From NCBI RefSeq assembly GCF_001194135.2, contig NC_068990.1:32552746-32593310 (forward strand): 40,565 bases of DNA, in the 5' to 3' direction. The notes below the pieces were generated by a model. The model was not told where the DNA came from and did not search any database. It saw only the letters and a list, made by a program, of their open reading frames with translations. A program made the position numbers and the translations under genes. Positions within the stretch are counted from its first letter, which is position 1. Each line of letters starts with the position of its first letter. Shown piece after piece: positions 1 to 10,117 of the stretch. Origin of the DNA: Octopus bimaculoides (taxonomy: Eukaryota).

Positions 1-322
1 TGAGCGTGACCGTTGCCAGTACCGCCTGACTGGCCTTGTAGGGTTTTCGAGCGAGATCGTTGCCAGTGCCCCTGGACTGGCTCTTGTGCGGGTGGCACAC
101 AAAAGACACCATTTCGAGCGTGGCCGTTTTCGTGCGGGTGACACGTAAAAGCACCCACTACACTTTCTGAGTGGTTGGCGTTAGGAAGGGCATCCAGCTG
201 TAGAAACTCTGCTAAATTAGATTGGAGCCTGGTGTAGCCATCCGGTTGCACCAGTCCTCAGTCAAATCGTCCAACCCATGCTAGCATGGAAAGCGGACGT
301 TAAACGATGATGATGATGATGA
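1..322 (+). mobile_element. RTE-clade LINE 3' end (family A), cut by the window start, (GAT)n tail
   Basis: Shares the block agcacccactacact..gagtggttggcgttaggaagggcatccagctgtagaaac..catggaaagcggacgttaaacgatgatg with copies at 3069, 5640, 7852, 8670 and 16580. Longer copies extend into an RTE ORF2-like C-terminus. Confidence 0.85.
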
Positions 323-566
323 TATTTATTTGTGAGTGACATTACAATTTCAAACAGTTGAAGTTGTTTCACTTTATATGATTTGCTTTCTAAATTATCC
401 AACATAGCCTGGAGTCATTTTATTTATTCTTAGTATTCAAAAGTTCATTTTACTGTCGTCTTTGTTTCATAATGTTCCAGTAATGTTTTAATGGTCATAA
501 ATTCTGATGATCAAATTAATTTTCTCCTTTTTCTCATTGGCAAATCTAATCAATACATATACATAA

Positions 567-611
<45 letters not shown>

Positions 612-1105
612 TATAATATGCCATGTATCATCATTGTATATTTAATATGCTATGTGTATTTGTATTTACACTCATTCCACTATTAATTATTCTACTTCAT
701 ATGTTCCACCTTTTTCCACTATTACCTTTTAGATTCAATTTACTGAGAAGTATCATGCGTTCAACTTTAGCCTATTTACTTAATATGCTGCATGCATATA
801 TTTCTTTCTTTAAGCAGAACAAAAAAACAAATAATTTGAAATTGCAGACTGAAAATTCAGAAGGCCAAAGTGTGTTGGTGCCTTTTCATGTCTATACAAG
901 AAATATAGTTCAGAAACTTTTGCAGTGAATGTGAATAACAATGTTTATTATGTATATTTGTAGCTTTTGCACAAAATGTGCAAATATGTTGTAAATGTGC
1001 AGCTTTTACATAAACTAAAACAGCCACCTTCTGAAAACCCTTTGAAAATGTATGTAACTTGCTTGTAAGATCATGTACCTATGTGTAAATATGCATATAT
1101 TTATA

Positions 1106-1494
1106 GGCGCAGGAGTGGCTGTGTGGTAAGGAATTTGCTTACCAACCACATGGTTCTGGGTTCAGTCCCACTGCGTAGCACTTTGGACAAGTGTCTTCTA
1201 CTATAGCCTTGGGCCGACCAAAGCCTTGTGAGTGGATTTGGTCGGTGGAAACTGAAAGAAGCCCGTCATATATGTATATATATATATGTGTGTGTGTTTG
1301 TCCCCCCTAACATCGCTTGACAACTGATGCTGGTGTGTTTACATCCCTGTAACATAGCGGTTCGGCAAAAGAGACTGGTAGAATAAGTATCAGGCTTACA
1401 AAGAATAAGTCCTGGGGTCGATTTGCTTTACTAAAGGCGGTGCTCCAGCATGGCCGCAGTCAAATGACTGAAACAATTAAGAGAGTAAAAGAGT
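1106..1494 (+). mobile_element. tRNA-derived SINE family B, full length
   Basis: Pol III A-box-like tggctgtgtgg and B-box-like gggttcagtcc head, a core (ggacaagtgtcttctactatagcc), an internal (TA)/(TG) tract and an A-rich tail. Near-identical to 26494-26912 and to the reverse complement of 37351-37756. Confidence 0.85.
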
Positions 1495-1859
1495 ATATAT
1501 TTTGGATGTTTTGAACACATACATGTACAACTTTTGTGAAACAAGGTAGAGCATTTATAGTAGAAAATAACATAATGTAGAATAACAATTAAATCATTGA
1601 CTATGATATAAAGTACATACTAAAAGTAATCAAATCTGTATTAATAGTTGGGGAGTGATGGATATAGTTTTCTTTTTTATGTGTTATTTTGGCATTTTTA
1701 TTTACATCTTCATACTCTTGTTAAAACAGCTTTTATCATGTACATTTTTCAATGATACTTCCAATTAGAAAAATCAATTATCCATATATACAAGCGAAAA
1801 TGTAATTATTGCTAAGTTTAGTTAAAACACCCACTATCATTATTGATGGCATGGACATT

Positions 1860-2410
1860 CTAATTATTATTATAAATCTATTACAAACTGCTTTAGTTAG
1901 CAGGCATGTTGTCTTGAGTTTTGATAACAACATCTCCATACCATAGATCTCAAGAATATTTCTTAGGATATTTGCAGAGCACAGAATGGCATTTTTTTGC
2001 AAGTGGACAATGCACATTTCATTCCTAATATCTTGCAGTCTCCTAGGCAACAGTTTTGGTGTTGTGCCAAGTGCACTAATTACCATAGAAAAATTTTTTT
2101 ATCTTTGTCATCCACAATCTTTTCATCTCTCTGGCATGGTCTTGATATATCTCAATTTCTTTGATATCCACTCTACAATCATATGATATTGTAAAATCTA
2201 TGATCTTCAACATTTTTTTTTTGTTTTTGTTTTTTAAGATCATATCTGGTCTCTTTGCTTCAATAGAATGGTCAGTCTTTAAGGAGAAATCCCACAAAAT
2301 TCTGTAATTACCATTCACCATCTCAGTCTCTGGCTCTGTGTTTGAATCACTTTTCTGTCACTTTGAATCCACACATTCAGAAAACATCCTACTGCACTAC
2401 AAGATTATAA
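1860..2410 (-). mobile_element. Decayed R4/Dong-type non-LTR retrotransposon, C-terminal restriction-like endonuclease region and 3' end
   Basis: Frameshifted minus ORFs give ILWDFSLKTDHSIEAKRPDMIL..IIDFTISYDCRVDIKE..YQDHARE..RLW and VISALGTTPK..LQK..ILRNILEI. These match the RPD..IID..KYQDL..ALG motifs of REL-endonuclease LINEs. Confidence 0.8.
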
Positions 2411-2848
2411 TGGAAGATAAAATCAAAGTATACAAGTTATAGACATGATACATAATTAATCTCAACTTACTGATCATCAAACAACCAGGCTTCACTGTGA
2501 TTCTCAACCAGCTTTTCCTTATCTTTTTCCCTCTCTCGGTTGACAAAGCTAGGATTTGAAGCTGCTTTAGGGAGGAGGAGAAGGTTCGGGCAAGGCTTAT
2601 CTGTGATGTGTCCAGAGAGTTTGTAATAATCGAGGAATGTCCTTGCCAAGTTGCGACCCAGTTTCATATCTTTATAGTCAAGTTAAGGATGTGAATCAAG
2701 CAAAATTTTATGTGCTTGTGTATGTTAATTGGGTTCAAATTTAACTGAAATATGGTTTGGTTATCAAGGAAAAGTCATTGAATAATGAAACCATATACGA
2801 AAGTTAAATCTAACATCTCAAAGATTGTGTGTTAAATATTCGTTGATG

Positions 2849-2974
2849 CAGGCAAGGCTGTGCGATTAAAAAATTTGCTTCAGAACCAAATGGTTGGAGG
2901 TTCAGTCTCACTGTGTGAATGTTGTCAGTCGGGATTTTTTACTATAGAACTTTGTAGATGGAAACTGAAGAAAC

Positions 2975-2977
<3 letters not shown>
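2849..2977 (+). mobile_element. Degenerate SINE B head fragment
   Basis: ggctgtg..aatttgcttc..aaccaaatggtt..ggttcagtctcactg..gatggaaactgaagaa aligns to the family B head. Confidence 0.55.
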
Positions 2978-3012
<35 letters not shown>

Positions 3013-3230
3013 TGCACTGGGTTCCAGTCTGATTTGGCATGGTTTCTACAGTTGGATGCCCTTCCTAACACTCTGGGAGTGGTTGGCATTAGGAAGGGCA
3101 TCCAGCTGTAGAAACCATGCCAGATCAGATTGGAACCTAGTGCAGCTCCCCAGCTTACCAGTTTCCAGTCAAACCATCCATCCCGTGCAAGCATGGAAAA
3201 CGGATGTTAAATGATGATTATGATGATGAT
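3013..3230 (+). mobile_element. 5'-truncated RTE 3' end preceded by a 56-bp inverted duplication
   Basis: Arms 3013-3068 and 3089-3144 are reverse complements with 4 mismatches; the element ends ggatgttaaatgatgattatgatg. Confidence 0.85.
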
Positions 3231-3490
3231 GATATATGTGTTTGTGTATAAATATGTATGTGTATAGATGTATGTGCATATAAATATATGCATGTGTGTT
3301 TGCTGACTATAAACATGTAGTGTCCTATGCTTGTAGTCAAGTGCAAAAGCATGTCCAGGCTTGTTGCAACGTTGCATGATCTTTGTAAACAAAAAGTTCA
3401 TTAAAATAGTGTCTCTTGTTTCAAATTCACAGTGTAATTGTATCTGGACTGTTTGTTGTTTGATAAACTAAGAGCTGTATGTCTAATGAT

Positions 3491-3550
3491 TGTTTAAAGA
3501 GAGGTTTGTTTAAAGAGAGGTTTGTTTAAAGAGAGGATTGTTTAAAGAGA
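3491..3550. repeat. 16-bp tandem repeat (tgtttaaagagaggtt), about 3.75 copies
   Basis: Unit starts at 3491, 3507, 3523 and 3539. Confidence 0.9.
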
Positions 3551-3564
3551 CTACAATCTGAAAT

Positions 3565-3730
3565 TGAACTTATCAACCCTGACTGAACAGACCAATAGTG
3601 AAAGACTTTCTATCTATGATCATCTTGTCTTTTTAGGACTATTATAATATCTTGCCTTTATGTAAGGATAGTAATATGAAACTTGGAGATTTAGCTGCTA
3701 CTATTAGGAGGCTGAGTGACTACAAAGTAG
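3565..3730. repeat. Old interspersed repeat (family F), related to 12290-12530
   Basis: Both loci share agacc..tagt(g/c)aaagac.ttcta...atgatca and gattt(a/g)gctg.ta.t motifs. Confidence 0.4.
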
Positions 3731-4076
3731 CATGTTGTTTTGGCAAGGGATGCATGAACATGTGATGCATGTTATAATTAAAGCAGCTTTGTTTACGATG
3801 GTTTCATAATTGATTCCAGTTTATGGCAGACATTTTGGGCCCAAACTGACAAAAATCATTCACAATAAAACTTGTGTATTGTTTGGTTTCAGGATATCTT
3901 TATTTTGTCTTAATGTTTTCTTCAGTGATTGTTCAGTGTCTGATTAATATATATTTATATTTTAGTAAATCTATCTTGAAGTGTGAAAGTTATTGTGTAT
4001 GTTATTTTTGTCTATTTTATGTTTGAAGTAATCTCACTTCACTATGAAGTGAGGTTAGAAATATTGTTGTTTGCAG

Positions 4077-4144
4077 TTGGCAGCACAGCTTCATGTTGCT
4101 GTTGTTGTTATTGTTGGTCTGTTCATGTGATGTCATTCAAACAG
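4077..4144 (+). CDS. Candidate exon encoding a signal-peptide-like segment (ATG 4093: MLLLLLLLVCSCDVIQT), with GC donor
   Basis: Acceptor ttgttgtttgcag|, donor acag|gcaaga (GC-AG consensus). Ends in phase 1, which is compatible with exon 8200. The Leu run overlaps a (TTG)n-like tract, so a chance match is possible. Confidence 0.4.
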
Positions 4145-5235
4145 GCAAGAAACAAATTGTAACACTAACATATTACAGATTAATTCTTCTAGAAAGTCTG
4201 TTAAATATATTCTTGAATTAGGCGTAAAGAGAGTGGAACTGTCTTGCCTCTGGATATGATGAAGTAGTTTAGGTTTAATGGATATTGTGTACCATGAGAT
4301 TAAAGTGGGATATCCACTTCCCTGTCACCCACATACTTTTGATAAATGTGTAAATATGTCTCTGCACAAGACTTCTGTGTAAATGTATGTATAAAAATAT
4401 TCCAAGTTCTTTGTGAAGATGTGTGTATAATTGTTACTTATTCTTTTTAAATAAATACCTGGCTGTTTGAATAATTCTTTGTATGCAAGTATGTTTATAT
4501 GGATGTGTACAAATGAGTGTATGTGTATCAATCTGTGTGCTAATATTCAAATTTACCAATTTTATCATCTAGGAAGACATTTCCATTACATAAGATTATA
4601 TATAAAAATAATGGTTAAAAACTCACAAAAATAAGAACCAGTGAAAAACCAAAAAAATTCTTCCCTTAAACCAATAAAAATTATAATAAAGAAAAATATT
4701 GTGAATGTGATTTTTATTATTCTAAATCAGTTTATTTCACTCAGTTCGCCCCCATCCCCTGTCCTCTTTGACTACTACAAGACCGGAGGCAATGGAGAGA
4801 AAGCCAATGATTTTTAAATTAGGAAAAAGAAAAAAAAAATAATACAATAAAAAAAGCTCTATTGTTAGGAATTTTAAAAATAGCTAAATCTTGTTCCCAA
4901 GTTATTATCGTTCTGTTAATATTGTCTGATGCCATCTTCCTGCTAAAAAATGCCAAAACCTTTTAGCGGGAAATACATCAATGTGAAATAATTTGAGTAA
5001 TTCTCTTCTGTTAGAACTATTATGAAACTGTTTGCAACAGGTGATTAAGAAATATCTCTTGACAATGAGATAAGTAATTAGAAGGAAATGTCTACTACTT
5101 AGATGTGTTGTTTGCCCCACACCCTTCTCCACCTTCCATTCTTTTGTACTATCTACTCTTTGTTGTTAACTAGAAAATGACATGCTACAATATAGTTGAT
5201 ACTAAATATCTAAGGTTTGTTTATAGTCTTTGCTA

Positions 5236-5326
5236 CCCTTGGCACAAGACCCGAAATTTTTGGGGAGGGTGGGGCAGTCGATTAGATTGACCCCAGTATG
5301 CAACTGATACTTAATTTGTTGACCCT
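5236..5326 (-). mobile_element. SINE family C tail fragment
   Basis: gcacaagacccgaaattt..cagtcgattagattgaccccagtatgcaactgatac matches the family C copies at 8865 and 36262. Confidence 0.6.
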
Positions 5327-5793
5327 GATGTGGATGGATGCTGACAGCTCCATAAAGAAGTGCTGATCTTTAGACAGAACATGTGGAAGAGGGAGACCCA
5401 AGAAGACATGGGATGAAGTACTGAAAATGACCTCAGGATGCTGAACTTTTCAGATGAGATGATGAAGGACCGAGATACCTAACACCTTGCTGTACTCAAG
5501 AAGACCTGTTACTCTACAGCAGAACTGTTAAAGAGGATTCACCTGCAAGAGTCCTGTGCTGGTGCTATGTAAAAAGCATTCATCCTGATGCCATGTCAAA
5601 ATATTCATGTGGTGCCACATAAAATCACCCAGAACACTCTGTGAAGTGATTGGTGTTAGGGAGGGCATCCAACCGTAGAAACCATGCTAAACCAGTCTGG
5701 CCCTTGGTGCAGCTCTCTGGCTAACCAGCTCTGGTCAAACTGTCCAATTCATGCCAGCATGGAAAGCAGATGTTAAATGATGATCATGATGAT
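5327..5793 (+). mobile_element. RTE LINE 3' fragment with decayed ORF2 C-terminus
   Basis: Translates WMDADSSIKKC*SLDRTCGRGRPKKTWDEVLK/NDLRMLNFSDEMMKDRD..AVLKKTC (RTE GRGRP..W motif), followed by the family A 3' end and a GAT tail. Confidence 0.8.
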
Positions 5794-5803
5794 GTATGGA
5801 CTA

Positions 5804-6170
5804 TCAGAACTTTTTTGGCACTCCATAGGCTTTAATGACTGACTGAATATCCCATGGCAGAAGGAAAGCTAACCTGTGAAACTGCTTAAGTATGGTGGAA
5901 ACCCAAGTAGTTTCAATAACAGATTTTAACTCTGTCTGATTGCAGTTACACAACTTAGTCATCTTCTCTTTAGTTATACCCCACAGATTCTGCATGGGGT
6001 TCAGTTCAGATAAGTTACCTAGTCAAAGGAGTTCGTTGATGTGATGATCAGCAAACCAGACAGTGGTTGTTTTTACATTGTGTGTGGGTACAAAATCCTG
6101 CTGTAACAATAATTCCACATCACGAAAACGCCTGTCAGCGGAAGAAAACATGAAGTGCTTCAAATTCTCT
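5804..6170 (-). pseudogene. Tc1 transposase C-terminal relic
   Basis: Minus frame HFMFSSADRRFRDVELLLQQDFVPTHNVKTTTVWFADHHINELL*LGNLSELNPMQNLWGITKEKM..IQSVIKAYGVPKKF* matches Tc1 FQQD..P.H / W..NSPDLNPIENLW / AVI.AKG..TKY. Confidence 0.85.
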
Positions 6171-6265
6171 CAGCAGGCCACTGCTGGGAATGTGACCCAA
6201 GGGAAACATTGTAGTCAAACATCTGCATATAATTTGCCATCTAAAATCATCACTGACTGGGAATT

Positions 6266-6481
6266 TGAAGTGAGAATTTGATACTAAGCTTATTTGGTAT
6301 ACTGTACCTCTTCCTCTAAACTCTGTAACTCACCTGGACTGCGCCCCCATACAGAATCTGTGGGGTATAGTTGATAGGATGGCCAGCTTGCTTAACAATG
6401 ATCAGATAGAACTGAAGTGAGAATTTGATACTAAGCTTATTTGGTATTTTGTGCCCTTTCCTCTTTCCTCTAAACTCTGTA
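6266..6481. repeat. Local complex duplication X-Y-X (Y also at 6668-6754)
   Basis: 35-bp X at 6266-6300 and 6413-6447; 87-bp Y at 6325-6411 versus 6668-6754 with 4 mismatches. Confidence 0.9.
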
Positions 6482-6529
6482 TCTCCATTTGAGTTACAAT
6501 CAATGTAAGAGTCTGTCAAGAGAAATAGT

Positions 6530-7126
6530 CTATCATGAGATGCTTCGTTCAGTTGACAGGCTTTTAGATGGTGCAGAATGTATGTTCCAGCAGGATTTGG
6601 TAACTAGTATAAAAAAAAACCACTGCTGAGTTTACTGTTTATCACATCAACACATTTCCTTGGCCATGTAACTCACCTGGACTGCACCCCCATACAGAAT
6701 CTGTGGGGTATAGTTGATAGGATGGCCAGCTTGCTTAACAGTAGTCAGATAGAATCAAAGATGGCTATCAAGACACCTAGGCTTCCATAATATAAGCAGT
6801 GTCATAGATTGGTTTCCTCTGTGAAGCAAACATATTCAGGCAGTCATTGAAGCCAAAGGAAATTCAATCAAGTTCTGACATATATATCATCTTTTAACTC
6901 TATTTTAATGATATGATTTGGATGTTCAATTATTACTTTCTAATATTTTGAGATTGGATTTTGAACAGTCACTGAATGGAAACCATAAACATTATCTTAT
7001 ATTAAATATTGGGAACTATTAATTTAGATTAATTTATATTTAGTCAGCCTAATATGATTCAGTTGAAGTTTTGATATTCTGACTTAGCAACTTATGCATA
7101 ATATTCTAATTTTCTGAGATGCACTG
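6530..7126 (+). mobile_element. Tc1 relic: transposase C-terminus, 3' region and right TIR
   Basis: EMLRSVDRLLDGAECMFQQDL..FPWPCNSPGL(H)PIQNLWGIVDRM..IQAVIEAKGNSIKF*. Ends atattctaattttctgagatgcactg, the reverse complement of a CAGTGCATCTCAGAAAATTAGAATAT Tc1-type TIR. Confidence 0.8.
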
Positions 7127-7350
7127 AAATGTTCTGACTTGCTTACATGCCTGATGTATAGTGTATTAACCCTGGAATAAGGAAAGGTAAAGTTGAGCTT
7201 ACTATGAACTGAACTCATGTTCTAGAGTTGTGGTTCTTAACCTTTTGTTTTTTTTAATCTTTTTGTGGCCTCCCTTTTTAAGTAGTTGTTATGCCTAGTG
7301 CTCACCAAGTGCAGTATCGCAACTAAACTAATTTAACATAGGCAATCATT

Positions 7351-8021
7351 GCCTCACTGAGGCAATGAGTAGTGAGTGAGACCTTTGGAAATATGCTGTG
7401 CCTGAGAAGACCCGGCAAGCCAAGTGAGACCATAACCCATAGCCTTTGCTAGGGGTGTAGGCAGCCTACTTATGCGTACCTTTCCTTCATTGAACACTAA
7501 ACTCTGCTTACAAAGACCTGTTGGGGCAAGTGAAATCAAAATCGAAATTGAACCAAATTCAATGACTGGCACCCATGGCAGTGGAGTGCTAACAGCACCG
7601 TCCGAGCGTGATCATTGCCAGAGCAGCTGTCTGACTTCCATGCTGGTGGCACGTAAATAGCACCATTTGAACGTGATCGTTACCAGCATTGCCTTACTGG
7701 CACTTTTGCCGGTGGCACGTGAAAAAACATTCAAGCAAGGTCGTTGCCAGTGCCGCTGGACTGGCTCCTGTGCAGGTGGCATGTAAAAACACCATTTGAG
7801 CATGGCCATTGCCAGTTCCGCCTGGCTGGCCCTTGTGCCGGTGGTACATAAAAGCACCCACTACACTCTCAGAGTGGTTGGCGTTAGGAAGGGCATCCAG
7901 CTGTAGAAACTCTGCCAGATCAGATTGGAGCCTGGTGCAGCCATCTGGTTCACCAGTCCTCAGTCAAATCGTCCAACCCATGCTAGCATGGAAAGCGGAC
8001 GTTAAACGATGATGATGATGA
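7351..8021 (+). mobile_element. RTE LINE 3' portion: ORF2 end, 3' UTR with four ~65-bp units, GAT tail
   Basis: LTEAMSSE*DLWKYAVPEKTRQAK* (RTE ORF2 end), then repeated gccagt..actggc / gtgcc.gtggcac units and the family A terminus. Confidence 0.85.
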
Positions 8022-8199
8022 ATGATTTATAAATTTTGCTCAAAAAAATGGGTTGTATAAGCTTTAAACAGTGAAATGTTTCCTTTGAATGTTTCCTTTG
8101 AATGTTTCACTCTTGATTATGATGGGTAGTAGCTATCTTAAAACATAATGTTGTTGAGGTTGTTGTTAAGGTAATGCTGAAAATTCTGTCTTTCTATAG

Positions 8200-8250
8200 T
8201 GTATACTAAGCAAATCAGGGTGAAAAAGCCCCTGCCTCTTCCACATGCAG
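8200..8250 (+). CDS. Candidate 51-nt phase 1-1 coding exon (xYTKQIRVKKPLPLPHA), with an alternative in-frame donor at 8274 adding GKDEFSTV
   Basis: Acceptor ttctgtctttctatag|, donors cag|gtaaag and tag|gtaaat 24 nt apart. Only one frame is open, and both lengths (51, 75) are multiples of 3. Confidence 0.5.
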
Positions 8251-8563
8251 GTAAAGATGAATTCAGCACTGTAGGTAAATGTACCACCTGCTAATTAACC
8301 TGCCTGATCACTACCAACAGATGGAATAAGTTTTATTATATTGCATTGCATTTTCTCATTTAACACAAGCTTGAAATTAATCAAATATTTTCTTAGTATT
8401 CATTTATCTATGCTACAATCTATGAATATTGTTCTGCATTACACATTGTAATTTAGCAAACATTAATTGATTTTTAACACATTAGATTAACATATGATGT
8501 ATAAACAAGCCTAGATATTATATATAAATATATATGTGTGTGTCTGTATATGTACATACAGAG

Positions 8564-8838
8564 ACATCAATGCCAGTGCTGCCCGACTGGCTTCCATGCC
8601 GGTGGCACATAAAAAGCATGGTTAATGTCAGTGCCTCCTGATTTGCCCCTGTGCCAGTGGCACATAAAAAGCACCTACTATACTCTCGGAGTGGTTGGCA
8701 TTAGGAAGGGTATCCAGCTGTAGAAACCTTGCCAGATCAGATTGGAGCCTGGTGCAGCCTCCTGGCTTGCCAGTCCTCAGTCAAACTGTCCAACCCATGC
8801 CAACATGGAAAGTGGACATTAAGCGATGATGATGATGA
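8564..8838 (+). mobile_element. RTE 3' end (family A)
   Basis: Two hairpin units plus the terminal block and GAT tail. Confidence 0.85.
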
Positions 8839-8864
8839 TATATACACTTACATATATATATATA

Positions 8865-9087
8865 TAATAATGGTTTCAAATTTTGCCACAAGGGCAGCCA
8901 TTTTGGGGGAGGGGATGTGTCTATTACATTGACTCCAGTGTGAAACTAGTACTTTATTTATTGATCCCGGAAGGATGAAAGGTAAGGTTGACCTCGGCAG
9001 AATTTGAACTCAGAATGTAGTGACAAGATGAAATACCACTAAGCATTTTGCCTGGTGTGCTAACAATTCTGCCAGCTTGCTGTCTTA
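8865..9087 (-). mobile_element. tRNA-derived SINE family C
   Basis: Reverse complement begins aagacagcaagctggcagaattgttagc (A box) .. ctgagttcaaattc (B box), then ggtcaacctt.cctttcatcc. Confidence 0.8.
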
Positions 9088-10117
9088 TATACATAATAAT
9101 AACAGTAATTCTAGGATGGAATTTATAAATATATATGTATGTTTCTGTATATGTATATATACACTTCTGCATGTGACCAAATGGCTATGCACACATACAC
9201 ACACACACTCACTCACATACACAATATTAAAGGCAAGATTATTGAGTAAATAGTCCCTAGTCGGGAGTTCAGATCAGCCAGGGACATTTTGTTGTGCTTC
9301 TGAAGAGAACACTTAATTCTCCATTACCTCAGTTTGCCTAAATGCGGGGAATAGGCATCAGGTGATATGAGAATGATTGGTCTTAGCCTGAATATATAAT
9401 TAAAATTTGTGGACACACAAATGATTTATTAGTTACAACATTCCTGCATCTATTTTTGTGCTATTTATTGTTAATTTATGAATAGCAATAATGTTTCTTT
9501 TTTGTATGTGTTAATTTAATTTTCTATAGCTGATTGATAAATTGCTTTGTATATAATAAATGGTTTCTGTTACTGTAAATAATATATTTTCCTTAAATTG
9601 AAGGAAGTGTGAATATTTTGTTATATTGACATTGCTAACTTTTTTTAAGTTATCAATGCAGTGATGCTGTTTCTATGAATTATTGTGAATTATTTGCTAT
9701 TCAGGATGGGATGTTCAATGTTATTTATTTATTTATTTTTTTTATTATTTATCACTCTACTGCTACCACCTAAAATGTTAGTTCTTTAAATATTTTGTGA
9801 TTTAGGGATATTCAGTTGATAATTTCTTTGGTTAGAGCTGAGCTGATGCTATTTTGGGGGACTTTGTGTCAAGAAGAAAAGTAAATAATTCCTCCCAGGA
9901 ATAAATTTCTATTTTTGCTGTTTTACAAATTCTGTTTATTGATCTGTTAATCTCTGATACTTGAAATTTACAAATCAATAAATTTCATCCAGTAAATATT
10001 TATAGCACCACTGTGCAGGCCAGTAACTCACACATCACTATTGTGGAGGAAATAGTTTAGACATTTATATGTATATATCTAAACCCTTACTGAAAGAAAT
10101 ACAACTAGTTGTAAATT

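Noticed and set aside
623-928. 101-aa ORF / exon 815-869 (QNKKTNNLKLQTENSEGQ)
   Set aside because: The N-terminal part is AT-rich noise. The NAGNAG acceptor is good, but the donor is modest and the phase does not fit exon 4077, so it is unsupported.
1106-1180. tRNA genes at SINE heads (also the family C and D heads)
   Set aside because: A/B boxes are present but no cloverleaf; the heads continue into SINE bodies
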